Virus record (IMG/VR): IMGVR_UViG_3300025291_000005
Location: 1-43,033 of that record
Direction: 5' to 3' (one strand)
DNA from: a virus
Length of the DNA: 43,033 bases
Positions 9,577 to 19,586 of this stretch are shown here, piece by piece. The position numbers and the translations under genes are program-made. Position 1 is the stretch's first letter; each line of letters opens with the position of its first letter. The notes beneath the pieces are model-generated. The model was not told the origin of the DNA. It saw only the letters and a list, made by a program, of their open reading frames with translations, and made no database searches.

Positions 9577-10230
9577 ATGACAACATCAATTATCGGTATC
9601 GATAAATTGTATTTTGCTCCAATGCAAGATGAACAAAAAGAAACATATTACAAACCTGTCCAAATCGGATACGTTAAAGAGTTATCAGTTGAGCCAGAAG
9701 TCGAGTCAGTGTCAGACTACGGAGATAATCGAGCGATCGAATCAGCTTCTGCGATGGGTTCTATTCCTGCAAAACTAGTACTTACAGGTATTCAACCAGA
9801 TCGTGAAGCATTAGTTTTAGGACATAAGTACTCTAAAACGAACAAGACTTTAATCAAGTCTGCCGAAGATGTTGCCCCACAAGGAGCATTACTTTATCGC
9901 AGAATGAAAGCAGATGGATCATACCGATATAAAGTTCTTTACAAAGGACGATTTTCTTTGGGTAAAGAGGAAACAAAAACGAAAGAGGATAAAGTTGAAT
10001 TCCAGTCTCCTGAATATGAAATTTCCTTTATGCCTCGTCTAAAGGATTCTGTTTACGAGTTTCAGATTGATGCTAACAAAGCAACAACTCAAAATCCGGA
10101 TAACTGGGCGGTTGACTTTTTCAAAGGAGTAGTCGAACCATCTGATACCCCAAAACCTCCAACAACAGAACCTCCATTGCCTCCAGGTATTGAAAGTGCT
10201 GAGTTAGTATCGTCTACACCAACTCCTTAA
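9577..10230 (+). CDS. Major tail protein (phi13-like) with a Pro/Thr-rich C-terminal tail
   Basis: 217 aa, positioned before the chaperone pair and the TMP. Confidence 0.7.
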   Translation: MTTSIIGIDKLYFAPMQDEQKETYYKPVQIGYVKELSVEPEVESVSDYGDNRAIESASAMGSIPAKLVLTGIQPDREALVLGHKYSKTNKTLIKSAEDVAPQGALLYRRMKADGSYRYKVLYKGRFSLGKEETKTKEDKVEFQSPEYEISFMPRLKDSVYEFQIDANKATTQNPDNWAVDFFKGVVEPSDTPKPPTTEPPLPPGIESAELVSSTPTP

Positions 10231-10256
10231 TCATAATAATATCCTTTTTAAAAAAA

Positions 10257-10282
10257 AGAGGGGTTGATATCCCTCTTTTTTA
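10257..10282 (+). terminator. Rho-independent terminator after the major tail gene
   Basis: Stem agagggg/ccctctt with loop ttgatat, followed by tttttt. An upstream A-run makes it bidirectional. Confidence 0.7.
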
Positions 10283-10323
10283 TATGATGTTTAACTATAA
10301 ATTCACAAAGGTGGAAATTAAAT

Positions 10324-10620
10324 ATGGAAATCAAATTATTAATCGATGGCGAAGAAAAGAGTTTTAAACAACCTGCTTTTATGCCAGCTATACGTTTTAA
10401 ACAATCTGTAGGATGGGCTAGTTCTCTAGAGAAGGATTTTTCGATGGAAACTTTAGATGGTGCTGTTAAATTCATTGCTAATGATTTATATAATTGTCAA
10501 TTCACAGAGGAAGAATTCTGGAATGGAGTTGATGCGGGTGATGTTACACAACTTATTATGAACACTATTACCTCACCTGCACGAAGAGCCAAGGAACGCA
10601 TGGAGCAAATAAAAAACTAA
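10324..10620 (+). CDS. Tail assembly chaperone (gpG analogue)
   Basis: 98 aa, lying between the major tail gene and the TMP. Confidence 0.75.
   Translation: MEIKLLIDGEEKSFKQPAFMPAIRFKQSVGWASSLEKDFSMETLDGAVKFIANDLYNCQFTEEEFWNGVDAGDVTQLIMNTITSPARRAKERMEQIKN
10611..10617 (+). promoter_or_regulatory. -1 slippery heptamer A_AAA_AAC (G/GT-type tail chaperone frameshift)
   Basis: The zero-frame codons are aaa aac taa. The -1 frame reads aaa cta atg into ORF 10620-10853. Confidence 0.7.
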
Positions 10621-10853
10621 TGAACGTCAACCGAGAAGAGGCTGAGAAAATTGAATTCGCAGACGCTCTGAAGGTTGACGATTCTCCAGTATACGAATTC
10701 ATCATGGATTTCTACATAGATAGATTGAAAGCTGGATGGGATTTAACAACTATCGACAATACTGACTTCATTCATTGGATCGATATCTCGGTTTATCAAA
10801 CTATCAAAGAATACAGAGCTAGACTTGTAAAACTTGATGACTCGAAGTACTAG
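10620..10853 (+). CDS. Tail assembly chaperone frameshift extension (gpT analogue)
   Basis: 77 aa in the -1 frame relative to 10324-10620 and contiguous with it. Confidence 0.7.
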   Translation: MNVNREEAEKIEFADALKVDDSPVYEFIMDFYIDRLKAGWDLTTIDNTDFIHWIDISVYQTIKEYRARLVKLDDSKY

Positions 10854-10874
10854 CTCTAGAAAGGAGGTAACCAA

Positions 10875-13541
10875 ATGGCTCAAAATGAAACAATTGCTAT
10901 AGACGTCCTCTTGAATGATAGTCGCTTCAAATCTGGAATTCAAAGCATGGTACGAGATTTAACACAAATACGTCGAGAAGCAGGTAATGCAGGGAAATCA
11001 GCTGAGAGTATGGGTTCTATGTTTAAAGGTGCAGCTACTCAACTTGCAGCTATCGGAGCGGCGGTTGGTGGCATTGCACTTGTAAAAAAGGGCTTAGAAA
11101 GTGCTGTAAGTGCCGGTATGTCATATACTAAGCAGATGTCGACTGTTGAAGCTATCTCTGATTCCACGTCTCTACAGATGGCGGAGCTTGGTGCTAATGC
11201 TCGAGAGCTAGGTGCTTCTACTGTATGGAGCGCTACCAACGTAGCCGAAGCTTATGAGTATATGGCTACAGCAGGGTGGACAGCTAACGATATGATTGCT
11301 GGATCGAAACCCTTACTAAATTTAGCCACTGCAGGGAACTTAGACCTTGCTAGGGCGGCTGATATTGTTACTGATACTATGACACCTTTTGGAATGAAAG
11401 CTGACGAAGCAGGAAGAGCGGCTGATGTGTTTGCTAAAGGGTCGGCGGCGGCTAACTTAAACGTTGAACAACTAGGGGAGACTATGAAATACGCAGCCCC
11501 TATCGCAGACACCTTCGGTATGAATATCGAGGAGACTACAGTATTAGCAATGGAGTTTGCTAACGGTGGTATTAAAGCATCTATGGCAGGTACTGCACTT
11601 CGTGCAGGTTTATCTCGACTAGCTAAACCTCCGAAGGCGGCGGCGAATGCTTTAGCGGACTTAGGTCAAGAGACAACCAACGCAGACGGGTCTATGAAGA
11701 ATATCCGTACTATCATCGATGAACTATCTCCTAAGTTTAATGCACTATCGAACTCACAACAGATAGCGGCGGCAAAGGCAATTTTTGGCGAGGAAGCTTA
11801 CGCGGGATGGATAATGGTTTTGAAAAACGGTGTAGGTGAATTTGATAAATTCAAAGGGATGCTAGATAACTCCTCTGGCTCTGCGGAAACAATGGCGAAA
11901 GTAATGTCTAACAACCTATCAGGCGCTGTTGCCAATACGCAATCAGCTCTCGAGAATTTAGGACTTATTGGTTTCTCGAAATTAGAATTTATGCTTACGA
12001 GTTCCACTAATGGGTTTGGTGCTTGGATAACCAAGATGTCGGAATCTCTTGATCCATTGGGTAATGTAGTTGAAGCTACAAAGCTATTGCAAACGGAGCA
12101 ACAAAAGTTTGCTCAACAAGAAGCATTATTACTTCAACAGAAACAACAAGGCAAGATTACAGAAGATGAGTATCGTGCAGGACTAGAAGCAGCTAAGAAT
12201 CAACTCACAGCAAATACTACAGAGACAGGAATCCTTGAACAGAAAATGAAAGCCTTGGACGCTGAATTTGCTAAAGGTGGAATGACTCAAGAGCAATACA
12301 AGATTAAACAACAAGAAGCGGCTAAAGAAGCGGCACTACTTGGTCAGACACTTGTCAAAGTAGGGGAAGATCAAAAAGCCGCAAATACATCATTTGAGAA
12401 TTTCCAATATGCCCTCTCTAAAGTCAAAGATTTTATGGCTGAAATGTGGAACATCATCAAGCCCATTTGGGAAACAAACTTAGCCTGGTTCAATGAGCAG
12501 ATGAAAACTATCAAGACATTTATCGATGAGAATGGTAAGGAAATAGAAGCCGTTTGGAATGTCTTATGGACAGCTATAAAGTTTATAGTGATTCCGATTT
12601 GGGAAGGTATTAAGCTTATGATTGAAGGGGCTATGAAGGTCATCATGGGTGTAATCCAAGTGGTCGGAGGTATCATCGAAGGTGACTGGGGTAAAGTATG
12701 GGAAGGGGTAAAAAATATCTTTGAAGGTATCTGGAAAGCTATTATCGGCTTTATAGATGCTACTGTAGGTAAGGGTCTTATTGGAGGACTTAAAAAGATA
12801 ATCACCAAAATCTCAGAAGGTTTCCTTGCATGGGCTAAATCTCAAATAAAGGATGTCGGAAAGTGGGCAGATGATGTTGTCTCATTTGCTACTAACAATA
12901 TTAAAGGTCTCCCGGGTGCTATATGGGATGCTGTAAAGTCAGTACCTGATAAGATTAAAGATGCATTCAATGCGGCTGTCAAGTGGTTAAAAGACCTTGA
13001 TTGGTTTGACATCGGGACAGGTCTTATCAAGTCACTCATCAGAGGCATCACTGCAATGTCATCCTCTCTCTGGGGTACCATGTCAGAGATAGGATCTAAA
13101 CTGAATCCAATGAATTGGTTCGGTAGTGGAAGCGGACGATATATGATTGACCCTGAAAACAATTCTATCGGGGAAACAATGCCGAGATCACCTTTCGGGT
13201 TTGATATCTTAGACGAATCACGCGGAAAGTTTAATAGATTACCTTTACAGTTCTTCGCAGGAAGTTTGCAAGAGGCAATCTCTGGAACGATAGGAGCTGT
13301 CAACGGAGGATTAGCTTCAGCAGTCGGAGCTTCACGGGCTATCAATGGTCAACTATCCGCAAGTAGATCAGCAGGAAGAATGGTAGGTTCTGCTATGACA
13401 GGGCAGCAGGAATCTGTAATGGTCACTGTGGATGTTCCGCTTTACGTGGATGGAAACGCAATAGCTCGAGCAACTGATAAGTATACACAACCAAGAAATG
13501 CACAATACGATAGACGTAACAGGACTCCTTTCAGGGTGTAA
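10875..13541 (+). CDS. Tail tape measure protein (TP901-type core)
   Basis: 888 aa, Ala/Gly-rich and helical, with a Trp/Gly-rich membrane-like repeat region in the middle. RBS aaggaggt. Confidence 0.9.
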   Translation: MAQNETIAIDVLLNDSRFKSGIQSMVRDLTQIRREAGNAGKSAESMGSMFKGAATQLAAIGAAVGGIALVKKGLESAVSAGMSYTKQMSTVEAISDSTSLQMAELGANARELGASTVWSATNVAEAYEYMATAGWTANDMIAGSKPLLNLATAGNLDLARAADIVTDTMTPFGMKADEAGRAADVFAKGSAAANLNVEQLGETMKYAAPIADTFGMNIEETTVLAMEFANGGIKASMAGTALRAGLSRLAKPPKAAANALADLGQETTNADGSMKNIRTIIDELSPKFNALSNSQQIAAAKAIFGEEAYAGWIMVLKNGVGEFDKFKGMLDNSSGSAETMAKVMSNNLSGAVANTQSALENLGLIGFSKLEFMLTSSTNGFGAWITKMSESLDPLGNVVEATKLLQTEQQKFAQQEALLLQQKQQGKITEDEYRAGLEAAKNQLTANTTETGILEQKMKALDAEFAKGGMTQEQYKIKQQEAAKEAALLGQTLVKVGEDQKAANTSFENFQYALSKVKDFMAEMWNIIKPIWETNLAWFNEQMKTIKTFIDENGKEIEAVWNVLWTAIKFIVIPIWEGIKLMIEGAMKVIMGVIQVVGGIIEGDWGKVWEGVKNIFEGIWKAIIGFIDATVGKGLIGGLKKIITKISEGFLAWAKSQIKDVGKWADDVVSFATNNIKGLPGAIWDAVKSVPDKIKDAFNAAVKWLKDLDWFDIGTGLIKSLIRGITAMSSSLWGTMSEIGSKLNPMNWFGSGSGRYMIDPENNSIGETMPRSPFGFDILDESRGKFNRLPLQFFAGSLQEAISGTIGAVNGGLASAVGASRAINGQLSASRSAGRMVGSAMTGQQESVMVTVDVPLYVDGNAIARATDKYTQPRNAQYDRRNRTPFRV

Positions 13542-13574
13542 TCACTGAGGGAGTCCAAGAAAGGGGAACTCTCA

Positions 13575-15701
13575 TTGATATACACACATGATGACGCAAT
13601 AAATGACGGCAAGCAAACTGCCCAACCTAACTTTGAGTACATGACGAAAAACTCGCTGCTCGACTATGAAGTTTACATGATGGGAAAACCAAAGATTACG
13701 ACGGCGCAACTTAGATTTGACCAGGTTTACATTAGAGGAAGGCATAGTACGCTGACGCACACTGATGGCACATATGACGACATTACAATAGAGTTCGGAA
13801 TACGGTTCCGCTCTAGAGGAATGACTCCAGATGTTCAGAAGAAACGTGATATTATCAAGTGGCTTAGGTACGGGTATGGTTACTCAATGACTAATGTTGA
13901 TATTCCTAACACTGTAGTATCTCTACCTATCTATCAGCCTGAAGGACACTTAAAGTTTCACCATATGCCTAATACAACTTTCAAAGTTAAAACTATTGCG
14001 CCCTTCTCTTGGGAGTGGCATCCTCAGACTCAGCAATGGTTTACCAAATTAAGTTTCTTGTGTGACCCCTTCGGGTATGGAGACCTTAAGACAGTAAGCA
14101 TCGGAACAAGCAATGCAACTTATACGTACTCCAAGACCGTTAAACCTTCAGAGTCTTATTGTCCCTCTATAGGTGTCTTAGGATATAATCCGGGGAGTGT
14201 AGGAAATCAGACTAGTACTGTCGGATATGAGTCTGCACAGTTTAGTGACAGTGCTACCTCTCAAGAGTACAGCGTACTATCAAGTACAAGTACCACTTCA
14301 TATGTAAGTATTGGAACTGTTAAGGAGGCAGATATTACCTCTAATGATCGTAACCTTATTCGATCCTGTTGGACTAACCCGGTATCTTCAGGAGCTTGGG
14401 GAGGTTACCTTGGATGGGGAGAATACTACAACGGGGAATCTTCTTGGCGGAACCTTGTAACCTATGACACAGGAGGACGTCCAAAATATACTCGAAGAAC
14501 TCAAAACAGATTCACGATGTATAATGACCATGATACAGAAGATTATTTACTTTACTATAAACTTTGGGCGCCTGTAGACGCCACTATTGTAAACGAAGAT
14601 TCCACTTATCCAAATACTGATTTGCGAGGAAAACCACTTTATTGTAATTTCACTTTAGAGGGTGGAAGCGCACAAGTATCTGTGAGGTATCGCAAAGCAG
14701 GTACTACAACTATGGTGTCTCTTGGGTGGAAAACCGTTTCTCATCAAGTCAATATCCCAGCTGATGCTGAAGCAGTTGAGTTGTGTATCAAAGTCCCTCC
14801 TAAATCTTCCTCACGAATCAGGGAATTGGGCTTATTCAGAAACGCAAAACCTTCACAGCACTCTATAAACGTATCTACTATTGCAGTATACGAGACTGCT
14901 TGGGATATCTTTGCAATAGCTCAATCCATCGATCCTAATATCTTTAAAGGGTTAACTACTGACCAACAAAAAAAAGATAAGCTTTCCTCTAGAAACTTAA
15001 GGGTAGAACTTACATACAATTTAGGGTTCTGGAGTCAGGAAGTTGATAAGACTGCCTCGTTTAACTCTATTCGTATAGGCACTCGTCAGTTTGATCATCG
15101 TTCGAACTATGATAAGCATCTAAGTTTATCCGAAACGGGAAATATTGATAATTATTTCAGAAAGGTCAGCTCTTTCAATTATGTGGTCCCTACTCCGGTT
15201 ACCTATATAAGAGCTGATGCAGAAGGAGCTTCTAACAGATCCGGTCAGTTAATCAATGTTGTTATTATGGATAGTGTTTCTAAGAATGCAGCATGGCTAC
15301 AGCCGAGTTATACGCATTGTAAAGTCACACTAGATGTCCCAAATACTTCTAACTCCGTATCGTTTAGAGATATCGATGAAAACGCTCCTGTGTTTCCGAC
15401 AATATTACTCGACGTAGACCAAACAGCTACTAAGATTCAAGTAGATACAACCTACAAAAACGGTGTTTATTCAACTTTCTGGGTTGATCTTCAAGTTGCA
15501 GGGGCTTTAAATAAGGTTCTTATAGATACTGAAACAATGATAGTAAAAGCTACCGATAACGCAAACCCTAATCAATGGGTATTCTACAATGGATATACTC
15601 AGGGAGGTTTCCCTTATATTTCTTCTGATTGGACTTATTACAATTTTAAAGGAATCAAAGGAGCTACATTCTACTATAGAAACAAGTTTCTAGTTTCCTA
15701 G
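13575..15701 (+). CDS. Distal tail protein (Dit), enlarged form with extra central domains
   Basis: 708 aa with a TTG start after gaaagggga, directly after the TMP. The N-terminus looks like a siphovirus tail-family region. Confidence 0.6.
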   Translation: MIYTHDDAINDGKQTAQPNFEYMTKNSLLDYEVYMMGKPKITTAQLRFDQVYIRGRHSTLTHTDGTYDDITIEFGIRFRSRGMTPDVQKKRDIIKWLRYGYGYSMTNVDIPNTVVSLPIYQPEGHLKFHHMPNTTFKVKTIAPFSWEWHPQTQQWFTKLSFLCDPFGYGDLKTVSIGTSNATYTYSKTVKPSESYCPSIGVLGYNPGSVGNQTSTVGYESAQFSDSATSQEYSVLSSTSTTSYVSIGTVKEADITSNDRNLIRSCWTNPVSSGAWGGYLGWGEYYNGESSWRNLVTYDTGGRPKYTRRTQNRFTMYNDHDTEDYLLYYKLWAPVDATIVNEDSTYPNTDLRGKPLYCNFTLEGGSAQVSVRYRKAGTTTMVSLGWKTVSHQVNIPADAEAVELCIKVPPKSSSRIRELGLFRNAKPSQHSINVSTIAVYETAWDIFAIAQSIDPNIFKGLTTDQQKKDKLSSRNLRVELTYNLGFWSQEVDKTASFNSIRIGTRQFDHRSNYDKHLSLSETGNIDNYFRKVSSFNYVVPTPVTYIRADAEGASNRSGQLINVVIMDSVSKNAAWLQPSYTHCKVTLDVPNTSNSVSFRDIDENAPVFPTILLDVDQTATKIQVDTTYKNGVYSTFWVDLQVAGALNKVLIDTETMIVKATDNANPNQWVFYNGYTQGGFPYISSDWTYYNFKGIKGATFYYRNKFLVS

Positions 15702-15713
15702 AAAGGATTGAAC

Positions 15714-17090
15714 ATGGCAGAATTACAACCCCCTCAAATGAAACTCCCTCAAGTATTCCCTCGAGTGCTTGGGGAATCCCCTCGAAATTCAGATTATGTT
15801 TATCTTACAGGTGGTGCTATAGACTGGGAGAAGACCTACATTAATTGGTCTAACTGGAACGGTTACGCTATCCTTAGATTTGCTACAAAATGCGAAATAA
15901 CTCACGAGCTTAACGGAGCTTATGAGTGTTATGTGGAAGTACCTTTAGACCATCCTTTCATCAGAGAGGTCAAAGTAGGGAGGGTTCTAGCTATTCAGAC
16001 GATTCCTGGGCTTGTAAATGACAATGACCTTTTTAGAATATATAAAATAGAATATGACGATTCCGAAATGATGAGGATATACACACAACATATAAGCTAC
16101 GACCTAAACGGAGTGATAGCCCCTAACATGGGTACACAATTCTTCACAGCATCAGAAATGCTTTATTGGTTACAGAAGGGGACATCATTTCCTTTAGGGT
16201 ATAACCCTCCTTTCATTCTTCGTATTAACGATAGTTTAAACATTAAGAAAGGTGCAGTCTGGGGAAACAATGCAACCTTTATGGATCAACTATTGGGAGA
16301 TAAAGGATTGCTTGAACAAGTAGGGGGAGAGCTTGAGAGGGTTCGTAATAGGGTGTTTATTTATCCTCAAGGAACTATCGGGGGATACAGTGGAGTTAAT
16401 AAAGAGGATGAATTACCTTTTAAGATAAATCAAAACGTTAGAAACTTCCATTACTCCATAGACAACTCTAAAGCTGTGACGCATATCATGCCTTACGTAA
16501 TATACAACTGGGATCCGCCGCAATCAGATACCACAAGAAGTTCAGGCTCTAAAGAGGTCTATGTCAACTTAAGACATGCCACAGACGGGAGACCTAGCCA
16601 TGAAGCAATCCCTTCGGAGAGTGTAAATATTGTAAGTGGTCTCGCTCAAGATTTCCCTTACGTTCGAACTGTACCTGTTGACTTTTCAGACATGCTATCT
16701 AAGGATGACTATGATGCGGCTAAAAGTGTAAACAGTATAGATACTGTGAGATATTTAATTGCTCAAGCATTGCTATCCCGTGTCAATCAGATTAAGGGGA
16801 CTTTACAGTATCAAATGGCCTACAATCCTGAAATATCTTTTGAGGTTGATGTTATGGACATTCAAGATACTCCTGAGTTCATTGAAGCTTTTCGTGATGT
16901 AAAAGACTTTATGCGGATCAGACTAGGGAGACGCTTTAATGTCTACTTTCCTCATACCTACCCAATATCATCTCAGAAAATGCGCATTACTAAGACAGTG
17001 TACAACGCATTATCTCAAGAGTTTCTAAAATTCGAAGCTAAGACAACATTCGTTAACGGGATTATACTTCCTAAAAAGTTTTATGGTTAA
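15714..17090 (+). CDS. Tail-associated (Tal-like / prophage tail endopeptidase-like) protein
   Basis: 458 aa from ATG 15714 (the track gives TTG 15708). It lies after Dit. Confidence 0.5.
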   Translation: MAELQPPQMKLPQVFPRVLGESPRNSDYVYLTGGAIDWEKTYINWSNWNGYAILRFATKCEITHELNGAYECYVEVPLDHPFIREVKVGRVLAIQTIPGLVNDNDLFRIYKIEYDDSEMMRIYTQHISYDLNGVIAPNMGTQFFTASEMLYWLQKGTSFPLGYNPPFILRINDSLNIKKGAVWGNNATFMDQLLGDKGLLEQVGGELERVRNRVFIYPQGTIGGYSGVNKEDELPFKINQNVRNFHYSIDNSKAVTHIMPYVIYNWDPPQSDTTRSSGSKEVYVNLRHATDGRPSHEAIPSESVNIVSGLAQDFPYVRTVPVDFSDMLSKDDYDAAKSVNSIDTVRYLIAQALLSRVNQIKGTLQYQMAYNPEISFEVDVMDIQDTPEFIEAFRDVKDFMRIRLGRRFNVYFPHTYPISSQKMRITKTVYNALSQEFLKFEAKTTFVNGIILPKKFYG

Positions 17091-17150
17091 TAAGATATTT
17101 AAGGAGGTGAGACAGACTAGTTTTGCCAAAATACAGATAGGAGTGATTAA

Positions 17151-17594
17151 ATGCCAGACGAAGTTAATGTAACAGATGAAGATCTAAAGTTAGCGCTGTC
17201 AAATAAATCTGTAGAATTATTTGCTATGACAACAAAAGTTAATGACATGCAAAAGTATGTAGATGACGCTAGGAAGAAGAGTGAAGATGACAACGTACGG
17301 ATTGCTGAGTTGAGTGAAAAAGTAAGGGAAAATGAGTCACTGAGGGCAGAAAACATTAACTTACAGAATTCCTATAAAGATGCTAACTTTAAAATAACAC
17401 AATTAGAGACTTCAATAGCTTCTACCAAGAAAGAACGTGATCGCTATGTAACTAAATACTATGAAGCTAGCGATGAAATAGATATCTTAAAACTTCGAAT
17501 AGGTGATCTTGAAAGGAAGCTTAGAGATAACGGGATTGACCCTGGTACCAGTTCAACAGGAGGCGGATGGACGACACCACCAGGAGAATTATAA
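17151..17594 (+). CDS. Coiled-coil protein with a Gly/Pro/Thr C-terminus (tail-tip accessory?)
   Basis: 147 aa with a heptad-rich sequence. It is the last gene before the lysis cassette. Confidence 0.5.
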   Translation: MPDEVNVTDEDLKLALSNKSVELFAMTTKVNDMQKYVDDARKKSEDDNVRIAELSEKVRENESLRAENINLQNSYKDANFKITQLETSIASTKKERDRYVTKYYEASDEIDILKLRIGDLERKLRDNGIDPGTSSTGGGWTTPPGEL

Positions 17595-17659
17595 AAATAG
17601 CAATTAAAAAAACAGAGCAGCTATCGCTGGTCTTTTTTATTTTAAAAGGAGATGAACGA

Positions 17660-17941
17660 ATGACAATTGAAATTGGGGTTCTCGTTGCAATACTATCCCT
17701 AGCTATCAGTTATTTTGCGTACTCGCTTAACAAAACAAAATCAATCAAGTCAGATGGCCAGCAAAGTGCAGAAGTAAAAGCAGAGTTAGGATATATTCGC
17801 AAAGGAGTGGATGACATTCGAATTGATTTAAAAGCGAATGAAAAACAAATGATCGCACTTGGTGAGCGAGTCGCACGAGTAGAAGAGAGTTCTAAACAAG
17901 CACATAAGAGACTCGACAATTTAGAAAAGGAGACAAATTAA
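17660..17941 (+). CDS. Membrane-anchored coiled-coil protein of the lysis cassette (XhlA-like?)
   Basis: 93 aa from ATG 17660 after aaaggaga; the track start at 17567 is an unsupported extension. It has an N-terminal TM segment followed by a coiled coil. Confidence 0.5.
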   Translation: MTIEIGVLVAILSLAISYFAYSLNKTKSIKSDGQQSAEVKAELGYIRKGVDDIRIDLKANEKQMIALGERVARVEESSKQAHKRLDNLEKETN

Positions 17942-17943
17942 AA

Positions 17944-18147
17944 ATGAATAAAGAAAATATCAAAAAACGTTTGCGTAACTGGAAAACATGGGTTGCGCTT
18001 TTTTCATGCTTTGGATTGGTATTATCAGCATTTGGAGTCACTGGATTCGAAGGTAATTTAGAAAAAGTACAACAAGCAATTTATATGTTTGGTATTGCAT
18101 TAGGAGTTTGGTCAGATCATGAAGATGGAAAAGGAGATGTTGAATAA
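17944..18147 (+). CDS. Holin (two TM segments)
   Basis: 67 aa with a NWKTWVALFSCFGLVL TM segment, a second TM segment and a charged C-tail. It lies upstream of the endolysin. Confidence 0.65.
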   Translation: MNKENIKKRLRNWKTWVALFSCFGLVLSAFGVTGFEGNLEKVQQAIYMFGIALGVWSDHEDGKGDVE

Positions 18148-18641
18148 TGGCTACAAATTATAACGAGGTAAAACAAGAGGTAATCAAAGAGATGGAACAA
18201 CGCTATGGCTTAATCCCGGGATTCTTCAGCGAGGACAAGGCAGCGGGCGCTATCTTCTTAAATAAAGGTAATTATGGAAGTAGTATTTGGATGGATGGTG
18301 AAGGGCTTTTTTATGAGGACGATGTACCTTGGGAAGACTTGACTATCAGTAACGCAGTGCAAGACGGAGATACACCTGTAAAGCTTCGACGACATGGTAA
18401 CTGGGTGCATATTTCGGGAGCTGTTCGATCAGTTAAGGCTCAGCAAGTGCTCGCTCAAATTACTCCTGACATTGCTCCCCATCAAGATTCCTACTTTGCG
18501 GCAAATGCTTTCCTTTCCTCAAATGTCAATCTCCCAGTAGCTGCTACGGTGTTAGTAACTAAAGAGGGTAAGCTCTCCATGTATCTCCCTGAAGCAACTA
18601 CTCACTATGTAGCATTTTCGTTATCATATCCAATTAAATAA
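18147..18641 (+). CDS. Hypothetical protein between the holin and the endolysin
   Basis: 164 aa. The start overlaps the holin stop (TAATG). Confidence 0.6.
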   Translation: MATNYNEVKQEVIKEMEQRYGLIPGFFSEDKAAGAIFLNKGNYGSSIWMDGEGLFYEDDVPWEDLTISNAVQDGDTPVKLRRHGNWVHISGAVRSVKAQQVLAQITPDIAPHQDSYFAANAFLSSNVNLPVAATVLVTKEGKLSMYLPEATTHYVAFSLSYPIK

Positions 18642-18656
18642 AAAAAGGTTTATTAC

Positions 18657-18686
18657 GAGCATTGTCATGAGACAGTGCTCTTTTTA
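18657..18686 (+). terminator. Rho-independent terminator
   Basis: Stem gagcattgtc/gacagtgctc (one G-U pair) with loop atga, followed by ttttt. Confidence 0.7.
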
Positions 18687-18712
18687 ATAAAATTAAAAGG
18701 AGATGTTGAGTA

Positions 18713-19546
18713 ATGGGACACATTGTAGATATTTCAAAATGGAATGGTGATATCAATTGGGCAGTAGCAGCACCACAATTAGATTTAGCTATTTGTCGAG
18801 TTCAATATGGATCAAACAAAGTAGATGAGTGGTATAAGCGATATGTAGCTAAATTAGAGGAGTATGGTATTCCGCATGCTGCTTATGCTTATGGATGCTA
18901 TATTTCCGTTAACGATGCAATTAAAGAAGCTGATGATTTCATGGCTCGTACAAGCCAGAACGCTAAGTTTCTTGTATTAGATGTAGAAGATGATACATTA
19001 CAATCCTGTGGAGCTAATAACCTCGCAACGGCATCTCAAGCTTTCATTGATCGTTGTAAATCAAAAGGTTGGAAAGTTGGCTTATATCTAAGTCATCATA
19101 TGTACGAAAATTATGGTTTAAGTGGATTGAACGCTGATTTTCTATGGATTCCACGATATGGTGGTAATAAACCTAAATATGCGTGTGATATTTGGCAGTA
19201 TACCGAAACTGGTCATGTTCCTGGAATCGGTAAATGCGATTTGAATTATCTGGTTGGTAACAAAGATCTTAATTGGTTTATTGGATACCCCGTTCAAGAA
19301 GTACAAGCTCAAGAAGAAGCATATCGTGTTCACATTGGGGATTTCGACTCTTTACAATGGGCAGCTGATGTAGAAGCAAAAGTGAGAGAACTATTCCCAA
19401 ACTATGGTGTGTGGGAAGTTTGTTTGGAAGGTTCTGCACATCGAATTACTATTGGCGATTTCAACTCAAAAGAATGGGCAGATGAAGTGCTTTCTAAGTT
19501 GAAAGAGACGTTTCCTAACTACGGTGTATGGATTCAAAAACTATAG
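18713..19546 (+). CDS. Endolysin: GH25 muramidase plus C-terminal SPOR-like cell-wall binding domain
   Basis: The N-terminus HIVDISKWNGDINW is GH25-like. The C-terminus has two ~37-aa repeats (YRVHIGDFDSLQWAADVEAKVRELFPNYGVW and HRITIGDFNSKEWADEVLSKLKETFPNYGVW). Confidence 0.85.
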   Translation: MGHIVDISKWNGDINWAVAAPQLDLAICRVQYGSNKVDEWYKRYVAKLEEYGIPHAAYAYGCYISVNDAIKEADDFMARTSQNAKFLVLDVEDDTLQSCGANNLATASQAFIDRCKSKGWKVGLYLSHHMYENYGLSGLNADFLWIPRYGGNKPKYACDIWQYTETGHVPGIGKCDLNYLVGNKDLNWFIGYPVQEVQAQEEAYRVHIGDFDSLQWAADVEAKVRELFPNYGVWEVCLEGSAHRITIGDFNSKEWADEVLSKLKETFPNYGVWIQKL

Positions 19547-19550
19547 CAAA

Positions 19551-19585
19551 GAGCCGGCTCCTTCATGGAGTCGGCTCTTTTTTTA
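19551..19585. terminator. Bidirectional terminator between the convergent lysis and accessory modules
   Basis: Stem gagccggctcc/ggagtcggctc followed by ttttttt. Confidence 0.75.
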
Positions 19586-19586
19586 T

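Noticed and set aside
11039-13345. Five minus-strand ORFs (66-167 aa) inside the tape measure gene
   Set aside because: They lie entirely antisense to a strongly supported 888-aa structural gene. Their composition is low-complexity (Ala/Ser/Pro/Ile) and mirrors the Ala/Gly-rich sense strand. None has an RBS.
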